Assembly (NCBI GenBank): GCA_041688005.1 | Contig: JBDNJA010000036.1 | Location: forward strand, 1 to 52,596 | Length of the DNA stretch: 52,596 bases | From: Gammaproteobacteria bacterium | GTDB lineage: Bacteria; Pseudomonadota; Gammaproteobacteria; GCA-001735895 | Direction: 5' to 3' | Shown: one piece after another, positions 1 to 8,791 of the stretch | Numbering within the stretch: the first letter of the stretch is position 1 | How the letters are laid out: the number at the start of each line of letters is the position of its first letter | Program-made: the position numbers and the translations under genes | The notes under the pieces: generated by a model | The model's input: only the letters and a program-made list of their open reading frames with translations | What the model was told of the DNA's origin: nothing | Database searches by the model: none

Positions 1-76
1 GCTGGGATTTAGAGTCTTCGTGTTGTGGTGAAGACAGCCAAAAATCTCTTAATGTTCGTTTCGATATGACTCTCAT
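1..76 (-). CDS. higB: HigB-family type II toxin, N-terminal part (runs off the left edge); first integron cassette gene
   Basis: Minus-strand ATG at 76 reads MRVISKRTLRDFWLSSPQHEDSKSQ..., matching the HigB/YgjN-type N-terminus (MRxISxxTLRxFW). Not in the ORF track because it is truncated. Confidence 0.8.
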   Translation of the reverse strand, partial: MRVISKRTLRDFWLSSPQHEDSKSQ

Positions 77-83
77 GTGCAAG

Positions 84-112
84 AGCATAGCGCGATCCCA
101 TAACGGGATCAA
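84..112 (-). promoter_or_regulatory. sigma70 promoter with overlapping palindromic operator for the higB(A) cassette
   Basis: Minus strand: -35 TTGATC (112-107), 17-bp spacer, -10 TATGCT (89-84). Inverted repeat GATCCC-N5-GGGATC (94-110) overlaps the spacer and -35. Only 7 nt separate -10 from the ATG. Confidence 0.7.
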
Positions 113-130
113 GGTAATGCTGTTTTAAAA

Positions 131-185
131 AGCTAACGCCTAGTAGACGTCAAAATGACGTGTTATAACACGTCAAATCGACGTA
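131..185 (-). other. candidate integron attI site
   Basis: Minus strand ...CGTCTAC-TAGGC-GTTAGCT: GTT core at 137-135, a 5-bp spacer and a degenerate L box. It lies upstream of and divergent from an intI remnant, directly before a cassette-like TA gene. Phased ACGT repeats lie upstream. Confidence 0.6.
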
Positions 186-204
186 TAATTCCAAATACTT
201 TATG

Positions 205-217
205 TAAGTCATTGATT
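205..217 (-). promoter_or_regulatory. IHF consensus site
   Basis: Minus strand AATCAATGACTTA matches WATCAANNNNTTR exactly, between attI and intI. Confidence 0.45.
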
Positions 218-288
218 TACAACGCACCGATTGTAAATATACGTCACTTTGATGGAATAATGCATTGACTGTCAAAGATAATCCTTTC

Positions 289-468
289 ATGACACAAGCG
301 CCTAGTCTGCTGGAAGTCGTACGTAATAAAATTCGCTTTAAGCATTAGAGTATTCGAACCGAAAAAACGGTCATTCACTGGATTAAATCATATCTACATT
401 TTCACTCAATGCAACACCCGAGGGAGTTGGGGCTGGGGGCTGGGAGCAGAATTAGGACACCCGATATA
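289..468 (+). pseudogene. intI: integron integrase remnant (N-terminal SAM-like domain, nonsense codon, catalytic domain deleted)
   Basis: ATG at 289 gives MTQAPSLLEVVRNKIRFKH*SIRTEKTVIHWIKSYLHFHSMQHPRELG, matching the IntI N-terminus (LLxxVRxxIRxxHYSxRTExxYxxWIxxxxxFHxxxHP). TAG at 346-348 replaces the Tyr of HYS, and similarity stops after ~48 codons. Confidence 0.85.
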
Positions 469-483
469 TTGAAGTTGATGGCA

Positions 484-516
484 ATGCTGCGGTTCGCAAA
501 ACTCACCGCATCTTAC
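484..516 (-). repeat. REP-like palindrome (GTAA variant)
   Basis: Minus strand GTAAGA-TGCGGTGAG-TTTTG-CGAACCGCA, an imperfect hairpin with a GTAG-like foot. Confidence 0.4.
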
Positions 517-574
517 GTGATTCTCTGTCGTAAGGAGTGTATCGACTGCTTGATGGAATTGGCAAGTTGGTCAC

Positions 575-606
575 GCCTGATGGCGCCTGTGGCTTATAAG
601 GCCTAC
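575..606 (-). repeat. GTAG-class REP element
   Basis: GCCTGATGGCGCCTGTGGCTTATAAGGCCTAC resembles enterobacterial REPs; a related copy lies at 34956-34988. Confidence 0.65.
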
Positions 607-619
607 GTGGGTCTACTGT

Positions 620-650
620 CTGAATGAACTGCGCCAAACAGTTCATTCAG
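620..650 (-). terminator. hairpin just downstream of rapA (possible terminator)
   Basis: Perfect 12-bp stem CTGAATGAACTG/CAGTTCATTCAG with a 7-nt loop, 8 nt after the rapA stop. No clear U-tract. Confidence 0.4.
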
Positions 651-658
651 GTTGGCGA

Positions 659-3577
659 CTAAATAGAAACCATCACACGAATAGCATCCAACCTCAACCT
701 GGCATTCCCTAAAGAGCTTTCAAACTGACTCAACTGATCTCGGTAAAACTGAATCTCTTCGTCACGGACATTAGCGTTCACTTTCTGCAATGCAATCAGC
801 CGATCAATTTCTCGTTCTAGCACATCTTGGCTGCGTTGTTTGGCCGCAGCTACCAACGCTGGAACCTTCAAACCGGCTGCTTTTTCTGCCAGCTCGAGTA
901 AATCATTTAATTCAGTTTGACGTGCCTTAACGACCTTTACTGCGGTGTCGATATCAACCCGTTGGGATATTTTCTGGATCGTCTCGTGGCTGAGCACAGC
1001 GCTGTGATCTCGGCGCTGTTCATCGACTACAATGTGCACACTGCTATTCGGAAAATAACGTTGGCTATTAAGCTTACAGTCGTCGGAGAATTCCATTAGA
1101 AAGTGGCAATCGAGTAGTATGGCACCGGGTTTTACGCTGCTGTATTTAATCGCGACCAACGAGGTATTACCAAACTCGCTACTCAGGATCATGTCCATCG
1201 CATTGCGCACGAACGGGTGTTCCCAGCTGAGGAAACGTAGATCTTCATTCGCGAGTGCGACATTACGACGATAGGTGATGGTCATGCCATCATCCGGTAA
1301 GCCGGGCATTTTGGTGAGCATGTTATCGCCTGGCAAAATAACCCAACTATCAGGGTCACGGATTTCGCTCTCGACGCCATAGCAATCGTAGAGCCGCTCC
1401 ATGTAGCTGAAAATATCGTGCTCATAATCACGCGCCATCGCTTCGTCGACCAGTTCTTCGGCAAGCAGCGGTCGACAGGAATTGGCTTCCAGCAGGCGGT
1501 CTCGCCCCATTTGTAAGGCTTCGTTTAATTGCTGGTAAAGCAGATTGGTTTGTTCGATAAAGTTGTCGAGTGGTAACTCAGGTTCGGTCAAATGTTTCAA
1601 TAATTCTGCCCGTGTCTGCATGAACACCTGGTGACCAGCAGCACAGGTTTGAGTAAATGCATTTAAGCCTTCGTGATACCAGCGAAACATCACTTCTTGC
1701 GCAGTCGCTTGCAAATAAGGTACGTGTATATTGATGGTGGCATTTTGACCGATACGATCAAGACGGCCGATGCGCTGCTCGAGTAAATCGGGATTGACCG
1801 GTAGGTCGAACAAAACCATGTGATGAGAAAATTGAAAATTACGACCTTCACTGCCGATTTCTGAGCAGATTAAAACCTGAGTTCCGGCTTCATGATCGGC
1901 AAAAAATGCAGCACCGCGATCACGTTCGACCAGGCTCATACCTTCATGAAAAACAGCTGCTTTTATGCCAGTTTTGAGCCTGACCTGCTCCGCTATTCCC
2001 AGTGCCGTGTTGGCACTGGATGTAATCACTAGCACTTTGTTATCGGTGCTTTTCTGCAGGAATTCGGCTAACCATTTGATCCGCTCATCGCCACTGGCCC
2101 AGTTAAAATTGGCGTCATCCGCTAGAAACCCAAGTTCGGGAGATAGTAAATGCTGTGGCGGTTGATCGGGTTGATCTTCTGAAAGCTCATATTTTATCTG
2201 CCAATGAGCAGATAGTTTTATCGGGTAGGCATGGACTTCTCGGTCCGGAAATCCTTTAATGGTATGACGCGTATTGCGAAATAGAACTCGGCCAGTGCCA
2301 TGTCGATCAAGCACGTTTTCGACCAGAGATTGTTGCGCAGCAGAGCGTTCTTGTTTATCTTCACTTTCTAACAGGCTAATCCATTTCTGGTTTTCACCTT
2401 CGCCAACTGTTTGTTCGATCAGTTTTAGTTGACCACTATCTAACAGTGAATCTTGCTGAAGCGCGTCGACTAAATCTGCGAGTGGTTCATAGTTGGATTC
2501 TTCTTTTAGAAAACTATTTAAGTCATTAAACCGATTCGGGTCTAGTAACCTTAGTCTGGCGAAATGGCTCTCCTTGCCTAGTTGCTCTGGTGTCGCCGTG
2601 AGCAACAGGACGCCAGGTGTTTGGTTAGCCAGGGCTTCGACGGTTTTGTATTCCTCACTCACTGATTCGGCAGACCAACTCAGGTGATGCGCTTCATCGA
2701 CCACCAAAAGGTCCCAGTCGCCCTCGACTGCCTGCTGAGCTCGCACCGGGTTATCGACCAGAAATTGTAGGCTACAAAGAATAAGTTGCTCACTGTGAAA
2801 TGGATTATCCAGCTCTGCCAGCCTGTCGTCATCTTTCTCTAGCATGTCCTCACAACGCGCTTCATCGAACACGCTAAACATCAAATTGAAACGTCGTAGC
2901 ATTTCCACCAACCACTGGTGCACGAGACTTTCAGGCACCACAATCAACATGCGATTAGCGCGTTCTGTGAGTAATTGTTGATGCAGAATAAGACCTGCTT
3001 CAATGGTTTTTCCTAGCCCCACTTCATCTGCCAACAAGACACGTGGCGCGTAACGCTGTGCGACTTCGTGTGCGATATAAAGCTGGTGTGCGATTAAACT
3101 GGTGCGACAACCCGCTAAGCCGTACACCGGTGACTGCAACAGGGCATTGGTAATTTCGCGGGTGCGATAGCGTAGTGCAAACCATTTATTACGATCAATT
3201 TGACCATTCATTAAACGCTCGCCCGGACGATTTAACTGTAGGAAATTATTGAGTCTCCCCTCTGGCAAGGCAACTTCGTCGCCTGCGTCGTTGACACATT
3301 GGTAAACAATCAAGCCTTTCGATTCTTTCAGCTCGACAATTTTGAAAGCGTCTCCCTGTTGATTCAAGATCCAGTCATCCGGCGTAAAACGCACGCGTGA
3401 CAAGGGCGCGTCCTGCCGAGCATATATGCGTGTTTCGGTGGTTGCCGGAAAAATAATACTGACGGTCCTATGTTCAATTTCGATTACCATCCCAAGACCG
3501 AGTTGAAGTTCGGCAACGCTGATCCAGCGTTGGCCAATTGAAAATTCTGAGGAAGTACTTGCTGCAGATCGTGACAC
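659..3577 (-). CDS. rapA: RNA polymerase-associated SWI2/SNF2 ATPase RapA (HepA)
   Basis: FSIGQRWIS N-terminus, LADEVGLGKT, DEAH, LTATPEQLG, SEGRNFQF, LEQRIGRLDRIGQ. Start moved to the probable GTG at 3577 (ORF open to 3646). Confidence 0.95.
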   Translation of the reverse strand: MSRSAASTSSEFSIGQRWISVAELQLGLGMVIEIEHRTVSIIFPATTETRIYARQDAPLSRVRFTPDDWILNQQGDAFKIVELKESKGLIVYQCVNDAGDEVALPEGRLNNFLQLNRPGERLMNGQIDRNKWFALRYRTREITNALLQSPVYGLAGCRTSLIAHQLYIAHEVAQRYAPRVLLADEVGLGKTIEAGLILHQQLLTERANRMLIVVPESLVHQWLVEMLRRFNLMFSVFDEARCEDMLEKDDDRLAELDNPFHSEQLILCSLQFLVDNPVRAQQAVEGDWDLLVVDEAHHLSWSAESVSEEYKTVEALANQTPGVLLLTATPEQLGKESHFARLRLLDPNRFNDLNSFLKEESNYEPLADLVDALQQDSLLDSGQLKLIEQTVGEGENQKWISLLESEDKQERSAAQQSLVENVLDRHGTGRVLFRNTRHTIKGFPDREVHAYPIKLSAHWQIKYELSEDQPDQPPQHLLSPELGFLADDANFNWASGDERIKWLAEFLQKSTDNKVLVITSSANTALGIAEQVRLKTGIKAAVFHEGMSLVERDRGAAFFADHEAGTQVLICSEIGSEGRNFQFSHHMVLFDLPVNPDLLEQRIGRLDRIGQNATINIHVPYLQATAQEVMFRWYHEGLNAFTQTCAAGHQVFMQTRAELLKHLTEPELPLDNFIEQTNLLYQQLNEALQMGRDRLLEANSCRPLLAEELVDEAMARDYEHDIFSYMERLYDCYGVESEIRDPDSWVILPGDNMLTKMPGLPDDGMTITYRRNVALANEDLRFLSWEHPFVRNAMDMILSSEFGNTSLVAIKYSSVKPGAILLDCHFLMEFSDDCKLNSQRYFPNSSVHIVVDEQRRDHSAVLSHETIQKISQRVDIDTAVKVVKARQTELNDLLELAEKAAGLKVPALVAAAKQRSQDVLEREIDRLIALQKVNANVRDEEIQFYRDQLSQFESSLGNARLRLDAIRVMVSI

Positions 3578-3688
3578 TGACTTAATTACCTGATGCGGGA
3601 TAAACCCGATAAAAATTTGTAGTGACATTGTAGCAAGGCAATTCAATCATTGCTTGAAGTTGCTGCACTTCTTGAACAGAATGTCGCG

Positions 3689-4357
3689 ATGATTCCTATC
3701 CATAGTTCTGGTTATTTTATTACCGGTTCCGACACCGATGTCGGAAAAACCTATATCACTTGCGAAATAGTGAGGCAGCTAAGTCAATTTAACCTGACAT
3801 TGGAAACACGTAAACCGACCGAGTCAGGTTGCGAGCTAGATGAGTCGGGGAAAATGATTCCTGCCGATGGTCTAAAGCTTCAAGAGGCGAATCAGCATCG
3901 TGAAAGTATCGATAGAATTACGCCATTCAAATTTAAAGCTGCATTAGCGCCCCATCGTGCTGCCAGAATCGAAGGGCGGCAATTACTGCTCAATAGTTTA
4001 CTCAACGCTTGTTCACGAGATGATTGCAATAGCACGCTGATAGTCGAGGGCGCAGGCGGCTTCTACTCGCCTATGGCGGAGGATGGCCTCAATGCCGATC
4101 TCGCTGGCTTACTGCAATTACCCACCATTATTGTCATCAACAATAAAATTGGTGCGGTGAACCAGACTTTACTGACGATACAGGCGATTGAAAATAGCTG
4201 TTTAGCGATAGCCGCCATCATTTTGAATCAGCTTGAAACGAATACCACTGCCGATATGAATAATCTCGAAGATTTACTGACACATTGTCAATATCCAATT
4301 TTTTGCTGCGGCTATCAACAAACGCTACCGCCTATTTTCGAAGGCATCAGCCAATGA
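3689..4357 (+). CDS. bioD: dethiobiotin synthase
   Basis: FITGSDTDVGKT, KPTESG, VEGAGG motifs. ATG at 3689 preferred over TTG at 3650. Confidence 0.93.
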   Translation: MIPIHSSGYFITGSDTDVGKTYITCEIVRQLSQFNLTLETRKPTESGCELDESGKMIPADGLKLQEANQHRESIDRITPFKFKAALAPHRAARIEGRQLLLNSLLNACSRDDCNSTLIVEGAGGFYSPMAEDGLNADLAGLLQLPTIIVINNKIGAVNQTLLTIQAIENSCLAIAAIILNQLETNTTADMNNLEDLLTHCQYPIFCCGYQQTLPPIFEGISQ

Positions 4358-5238
4358 ATAAAGGCTATTTGATCATCCTCACCGGTTATGTTGGCTGGGG
4401 GTTATTTCCGCTCTATTGGTCGCTACTCGCACATATTGCGCCGCTTGAAGTGTTGCTGCACCGAATGCTTTGGTCGACACCGGTATTACTACTGCTGGTT
4501 TTACTGAACTTACGCCGAAGACAACAAGTTATGTTAGCGTTTCGATCCTGGGCCGAGATTCGATTGTTGACTATTTCCAGTCTCTTTATCTGTGCAAACT
4601 GGGGCATTTACATCTGGGCTGTAGCAAATCAACGCGTTATTGAAGCGAGCATGGGGTATTTCCTGACGCCTCTTCTCAATGTGGTTGCCGGTTTGATTTT
4701 CTTCGGTGAAAAGCTCGATAGACTAAAACTCACCGCCATTGGCTTTGCTGCATTAGGCGTTGCCTATTACATATCTAGCATTAGCGAATTCCCATGGGTA
4801 GCACTGGGTGTGGGGTTTAGTTTCGCAAGCTACGGACTACTCAGAAAGAAAATGGCGACTAATGCCATTCCTGGTTTGTTAATCGAAACCTTGCTGCTCC
4901 TGCCGTTTACGCTCGCCGCATTAACATGGCTACACCTCAATGGTCAGGCAATGTTTCTGAATTTAAATTCTTCTACCGATCTTTGGCTGATTTTAGGCGG
5001 GCCTGTTACCGTCATTCCATTGGCTTTTTTTACGTCGGGGACTCGACTACTACCAATGACATCCGTTGGCATTTTGTTTTATGTCACGCCAACCTTGCAG
5101 TTTTTGTCGGGCGCGATGATTCTTGGTGAAGGGTTTAATCAGGATAAGTTGATTGGCTTTGCTGGGATATGGATTGGGTTAGCAATTTTTACTTATAGTT
5201 TGATATCGAGCAAAAAAGTAAATCCGAATACCGTTTAG
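4354..5238 (+). CDS. rarD: EamA/DMT transporter RarD
   Basis: WGLFPLYW, EASMGYFLTPL, SYGLLRKK, QFL motifs. ATGA overlap with the bioD stop. Confidence 0.9.
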   Translation: MNKGYLIILTGYVGWGLFPLYWSLLAHIAPLEVLLHRMLWSTPVLLLLVLLNLRRRQQVMLAFRSWAEIRLLTISSLFICANWGIYIWAVANQRVIEASMGYFLTPLLNVVAGLIFFGEKLDRLKLTAIGFAALGVAYYISSISEFPWVALGVGFSFASYGLLRKKMATNAIPGLLIETLLLLPFTLAALTWLHLNGQAMFLNLNSSTDLWLILGGPVTVIPLAFFTSGTRLLPMTSVGILFYVTPTLQFLSGAMILGEGFNQDKLIGFAGIWIGLAIFTYSLISSKKVNPNTV

Positions 5239-5254
5239 TTATGTGCGAAAAAAC

Positions 5255-5385
5255 GTAGGTCGGGTTAGCGGCCTTATCGCGTAACCCGATGCACATACCC
5301 TGACGCGATTTCGAAATGGTGGATACGCTATCGCCCTTGTCGCCCTACCACCTACATCACTGTAGGTGTAACCCACGCTACCTAT
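5255..5385. repeat. cluster of GTAG REP-like palindromes (BIME-like)
   Basis: GTAGGTCGGGTTAGCG...CGCGTAACCCGA (5255-5289), an inverted degenerate partner ending CCACCTAC (5317-5355), and a third GTAGG...CCTA remnant (5362-5385). Confidence 0.6.
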
Positions 5386-5408
5386 TTAAGTTAACGGCAT
5401 TGGGGTAA

Positions 5409-5572
5409 ACCTGAATAGCACTTACTTAGGAATAAAAGCCAGTTAAACCAAAGGCGTTAGTATTTCAGATATATACAAAAATATAGTCTATTAGCGACTC
5501 CCTGCCTCAACTGGATCCTGGCTCAAGGCCGGGATGACGAAGAGTTCGGGCCTAAGTAAGTGCCATTCGGGT
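5409..5572. mobile_element. MITE-like element, family C (164 bp)
   Basis: 22-bp terminal inverted repeats ACCTGAATAGCACTTACTTAGG / CCTAAGTAAGTGCCATTCGGGT (2 mismatches), flanked by AA/AA (or TAAA/TAAA if the ends are moved in 1 bp). No ORF; single copy in the window. Confidence 0.7.
5511..5539 (-). repeat. CGTC-class REP nested in the family C element
   Basis: Minus strand CGTCATCCCGGCCTTGAGCCAGGATCCAG, the CGTC...ATCCAG palindrome type. Confidence 0.6.
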
Positions 5573-5614
5573 AAACCCTTTTGTTTTAGATAATTAGCAA
5601 AGTTACTCGGCTTA

Positions 5615-7078
5615 CTAGTAAACAAGCTTCGCCATGTTTCCAACTTCAACAATCTTCATTGCGTTAGTGCCACCATCGGTGCCCATTAAGTCACCTTTGG
5701 TGATGATCACCAAATCTCCATCGTCGACGGCATTTTGTTTTTTCATAAACTCCACTGCTTCCTGGTTCGCTTCGGCGTGACTGGTGTGAATGGTGGGGAA
5801 ATAGACCGGGAATACACCTCGATATAGATTCACTTTACGGTTGGTTGATTCGTGACGTGACAGCGCGTAAATAGGAATACCGGAACTAATGCGCGACATC
5901 CATAATACAGTTGACCCTGTTTCTGTCAGAGAGGCGATCGCGCGTACACCCAGGTGATTTGCGGTATACATCGAGGCCATTGCAATAGCCTCGTCGACCC
6001 GACTAAAAGTGCTATTTAATCGGTGCTTGGATTTGCTCGCACGGCTTTCCTGTTCGGCGTTAAGACAGATATCAGACATGGCCAGAACGGTTTCGCTAGG
6101 AAAACTACCCGTCGCTGTTTCGGCAGAGAGCATGACCGCATCGGTGCCATCGAGTACCGCATTGGCGACATCGAAAACTTCCGCACGAGTTGGGATCGGG
6201 TTATCACGCATCGATTCCATCATCTGCGTGGCAGTAATGACAACGCAGTTTCTACTTCGCGCTGTCTTGATGATATGTTTTTGTATTGCGGGCAGTTTGG
6301 CGTCGCCTATTTCAACACCGAGATCGCCACGAGCGACCATGACTGCATCGGAGGCATCGATAATTGCTTCCAGATTATCGAGTGCTTCTGCCCTTTCAAT
6401 TTTGGCTACTATGCCACCCTGTCCACCAGCATCACGCAGTAGCTGACGTGCAAGGTGGATATCATCGGCGGTTCGTGGAAAGGAAACCGCAATGTAATCT
6501 GCATCCAATTTTGCCGCAGTAATGATATCCGCCTTGTCTTTGTCGGTTAAAGCATTGGCTGATAATCCGCCACCCTTCAGGTTGATACCTTTGCTATCGG
6601 ATAATTCGCCACCAACCAGTACTTTACAATTCACTCTAGCCGAATAGGTAGATTCAACTTCTAACACGATGCGACCTTCGTCGAGCACGAGTATGTCTGT
6701 TGCTTTCACTTCGGTCGGTAGCATTTTATAGGTAATACCAACCTGATTTTGATCGCCGTCATTCACACCACAATCGGCATTCAAACAAAACTTGTCACCA
6801 TTTTTTAATATAATTGCGCCATTGGAAAATCGATCGATACGGATTTTCGGCCCCTGCAAATCGGCCAGAATCGCGAGGTGGCGATGGTTGGCTTTACTGA
6901 TGGCACGGACTTGCTCGGCTCGGGCAACATGCGCCTCAGCACTACCATGAGAAAAATTAAGCCGCACGACGTCAACGCCGGCTTTGATCAGTGAGTCTAG
7001 TGCTTCGTCTGATTCAGTTGCAGGGCCGAGTGTTGCTACAATCTTTGTTCTACGTATATTTATCGCCATCGATGTCAT
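5615..7078 (-). CDS. pyk: pyruvate kinase
   Basis: RRTKIVATLGPAT, RLNFSHG, DLQGPKIR, VARGDLGVE, ATQMMESM. Start may be 7069. Confidence 0.97.
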   Translation of the reverse strand: MTSMAINIRRTKIVATLGPATESDEALDSLIKAGVDVVRLNFSHGSAEAHVARAEQVRAISKANHRHLAILADLQGPKIRIDRFSNGAIILKNGDKFCLNADCGVNDGDQNQVGITYKMLPTEVKATDILVLDEGRIVLEVESTYSARVNCKVLVGGELSDSKGINLKGGGLSANALTDKDKADIITAAKLDADYIAVSFPRTADDIHLARQLLRDAGGQGGIVAKIERAEALDNLEAIIDASDAVMVARGDLGVEIGDAKLPAIQKHIIKTARSRNCVVITATQMMESMRDNPIPTRAEVFDVANAVLDGTDAVMLSAETATGSFPSETVLAMSDICLNAEQESRASKSKHRLNSTFSRVDEAIAMASMYTANHLGVRAIASLTETGSTVLWMSRISSGIPIYALSRHESTNRKVNLYRGVFPVYFPTIHTSHAEANQEAVEFMKKQNAVDDGDLVIITKGDLMGTDGGTNAMKIVEVGNMAKLVY

Positions 7079-7100
7079 ACCTTTAAGTTATACCTTCCTG

Positions 7101-8291
7101 TTATACCTTCGCCGCAGCGTACCTTTGTTCTAACATGGTAACTGCAGGTAATTGTTTGCCTTCCAGAAACTCCAGAAAGGCGCCTCCTCCGGTAGAAATA
7201 TATGAAATGCCGGATGCGATATCGTACTTATCGACGGCTGCGAGTGTATCGCCGCCACCGGCAATAGAGAATGCGCGAGACGATGCGATGGCCTGCCCCA
7301 GGGTTTTAGTGCCTTCGCCGAATTGATCGAATTCGAAAACACCCACTGGACCATTCCATACGATTGTTGCAGCCTGCGCCATCAAGTGAGCGAATTTTGC
7401 CGCTGTCTCAGGGCCAATATCGAAGATCATGTCATCATCATCAACTTCGCTGACTAATTTAACAGTGGCTTTCGCCTGCTCTGAAAACTCTTTCCCACAC
7501 ACCACGTCTGTCGGCACAGGAATGTCTTTGCCATTGGCATGTGCAACTTCCATTAATCGTTTTGCTTCGGGTATCAAGTCTTTTTCTACCAAAGACTTGC
7601 CGACATTATACCCAGCTGCAGCGACAAATGTGTTGGCTATTCCACCGCCAGGTATCAATTGGTCGACGACTTCAGACAGTGCATCTAGTACGGTCAATTT
7701 GCTCGAAACCTTGGATCCACCGACGATCGCAACAACAGGACGTTTTGGTTTATCGAGGGCCAGGGTGAGCGCATCTAACTCGGCAGAAAGCAGTGGGCCG
7801 GCACAGGCAATGGGTGCAAACAGTCCGACACCATGTGTAGAAGCCTGCGCTCTATGCGCCGTGCCAAAGGCGTCCATTACGTAAACATCACATAAAGCGG
7901 CATATTGTTTCGATAACGCTTCGTCATCCGCTTTTTCCCCGGGGTTAAAGCGTACGTTTTCGAGCAGCAAAACGTCACCATCCGCCATGGTCGGTGATTT
8001 TTCTAGATAGTCAGTATTTAAACTAACTGTCTTACCAATGGCATCGCTCAGATAATTGGCCACCGGTTGTAGTGAATATTGAGCGTCTACGGTGCCTTCT
8101 GTTGGACGACCCAGGTGGGACATAATCAGCAGCTGCGCACCAGCATCGATACAATACTGAATCGTTGGTAGTGACGCTTTAATTCGCTGATCACTGGTAA
8201 CGACACCGTTTTTGACCGGTACGTTTAAATCCTGGCGTATCAGCACGCGTTTTCCACGCAGATCAAGATCGGCTAATTTGGTTACTGGCAT
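7101..8291 (-). CDS. pgk: phosphoglycerate kinase
   Basis: [47 protein letters not shown]. Confidence 0.98.
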   Translation of the reverse strand: MPVTKLADLDLRGKRVLIRQDLNVPVKNGVVTSDQRIKASLPTIQYCIDAGAQLLIMSHLGRPTEGTVDAQYSLQPVANYLSDAIGKTVSLNTDYLEKSPTMADGDVLLLENVRFNPGEKADDEALSKQYAALCDVYVMDAFGTAHRAQASTHGVGLFAPIACAGPLLSAELDALTLALDKPKRPVVAIVGGSKVSSKLTVLDALSEVVDQLIPGGGIANTFVAAAGYNVGKSLVEKDLIPEAKRLMEVAHANGKDIPVPTDVVCGKEFSEQAKATVKLVSEVDDDDMIFDIGPETAAKFAHLMAQAATIVWNGPVGVFEFDQFGEGTKTLGQAIASSRAFSIAGGGDTLAAVDKYDIASGISYISTGGGAFLEFLEGKQLPAVTMLEQRYAAAKV

Positions 8292-8329
8292 TGATGGCTC
8301 CTTGGGTAGTACAAGAATGGATTAATATT

Positions 8330-8361
8330 AAAAAAAGCCCGCACAAGTTGCGCAGGCCTTT
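8330..8361 (-). terminator. rho-independent terminator/attenuator between gap and pgk
   Basis: Minus strand GGCCTGCGCA-ACT-TGTGCGGGCT followed by a T run. Confidence 0.7.
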
Positions 8362-8482
8362 CTTGTCTGTCTTTGGGCAACTCTAAAAATGCACTTTTCC
8401 GCGATTGCTGCCGTGGCCTCGTGGCCCCTACTCTTGGCAGTTCCGTGCTCGAATCCTCATGTAGTATCGTACACTGCGGTTC

Positions 8483-8532
8483 TCGGCAGTTGCTCCATGC
8501 ATTGCTCTACCTCCTGCATATCCATGTAGTCG
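8483..8532 (-). repeat. double GGA-hairpin unit U2 nested in A1
   Basis: Minus strand CGACTACATGGATATGCAGGAGGTAGAGCAATGCATGGAGCAACTGCCGA. Cleanly absent from copy A4 (GCGCGGA|GAACCG). Confidence 0.7.
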
Positions 8533-8668
8533 TCCGCGCGGTGGTTACTCGGGTTTCGCCCTTGCCCTACGGACCATCTGTTGTCTCCGCTACGCCCCGG
8601 CTCATTACACTTATTGCCATGAATGGCATGTATGCTGTTTTGCCTCAGGGCGCCTACTGTTGGTGCAT

Positions 8669-8715
8669 CGTTACAGGGATGTAACTAATTAGAACAATGC
8701 AGGAGCAATTGTCGA
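8669..8715 (+). repeat. double GGA-hairpin unit U1 nested in A1
   Basis: C-GTTAC-AGGGAT-GTAAC-TAATT-AGA-ACAATGC-AGGA-GCAATTGT-CGA. Also at 13663-13709 (-) and 28782-28874 (+, interrupted). Confidence 0.75.
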
Positions 8716-8791
8716 GGAGCAAAAAACAGTCACGAAAAAATCACTATTTTTAGAGACGCCCTTTGTTGTAATCGTACTTAGATCTTAACTA

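Larger units (their letters stand above)
8374..8762. mobile_element. MITE family A copy A1 (389 bp, longest, modular)
   Basis: Ends TGGGCAACTCTAAAAAT / ATTTTTAGAGACGCCCT (consensus 17-bp TIR AGGGCRTCTCTAAAAAT), 2-bp flanking duplication TT/TT. Homologous to 13615-13954, 28714-28922 and 31363-31568. Confidence 0.9.

Noticed and set aside
265-285. LexA box upstream of intI
   Set aside because: CTGTCAAAGATAATCC has only the left CTGT half and lacks the CAG right half.
409-627. 72-aa ORF
   Set aside because: Only its first residues are the tail of the intI remnant; the rest reads through REP sequence.
8373-8684. 103-aa ORF and similar ORFs at 13686-13907, 13750-13962, 28684-28893 and 31238-31450
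   Set aside because: All lie within family A repeats and show no transposase motifs; they are treated as repeat-derived frames, not genes.
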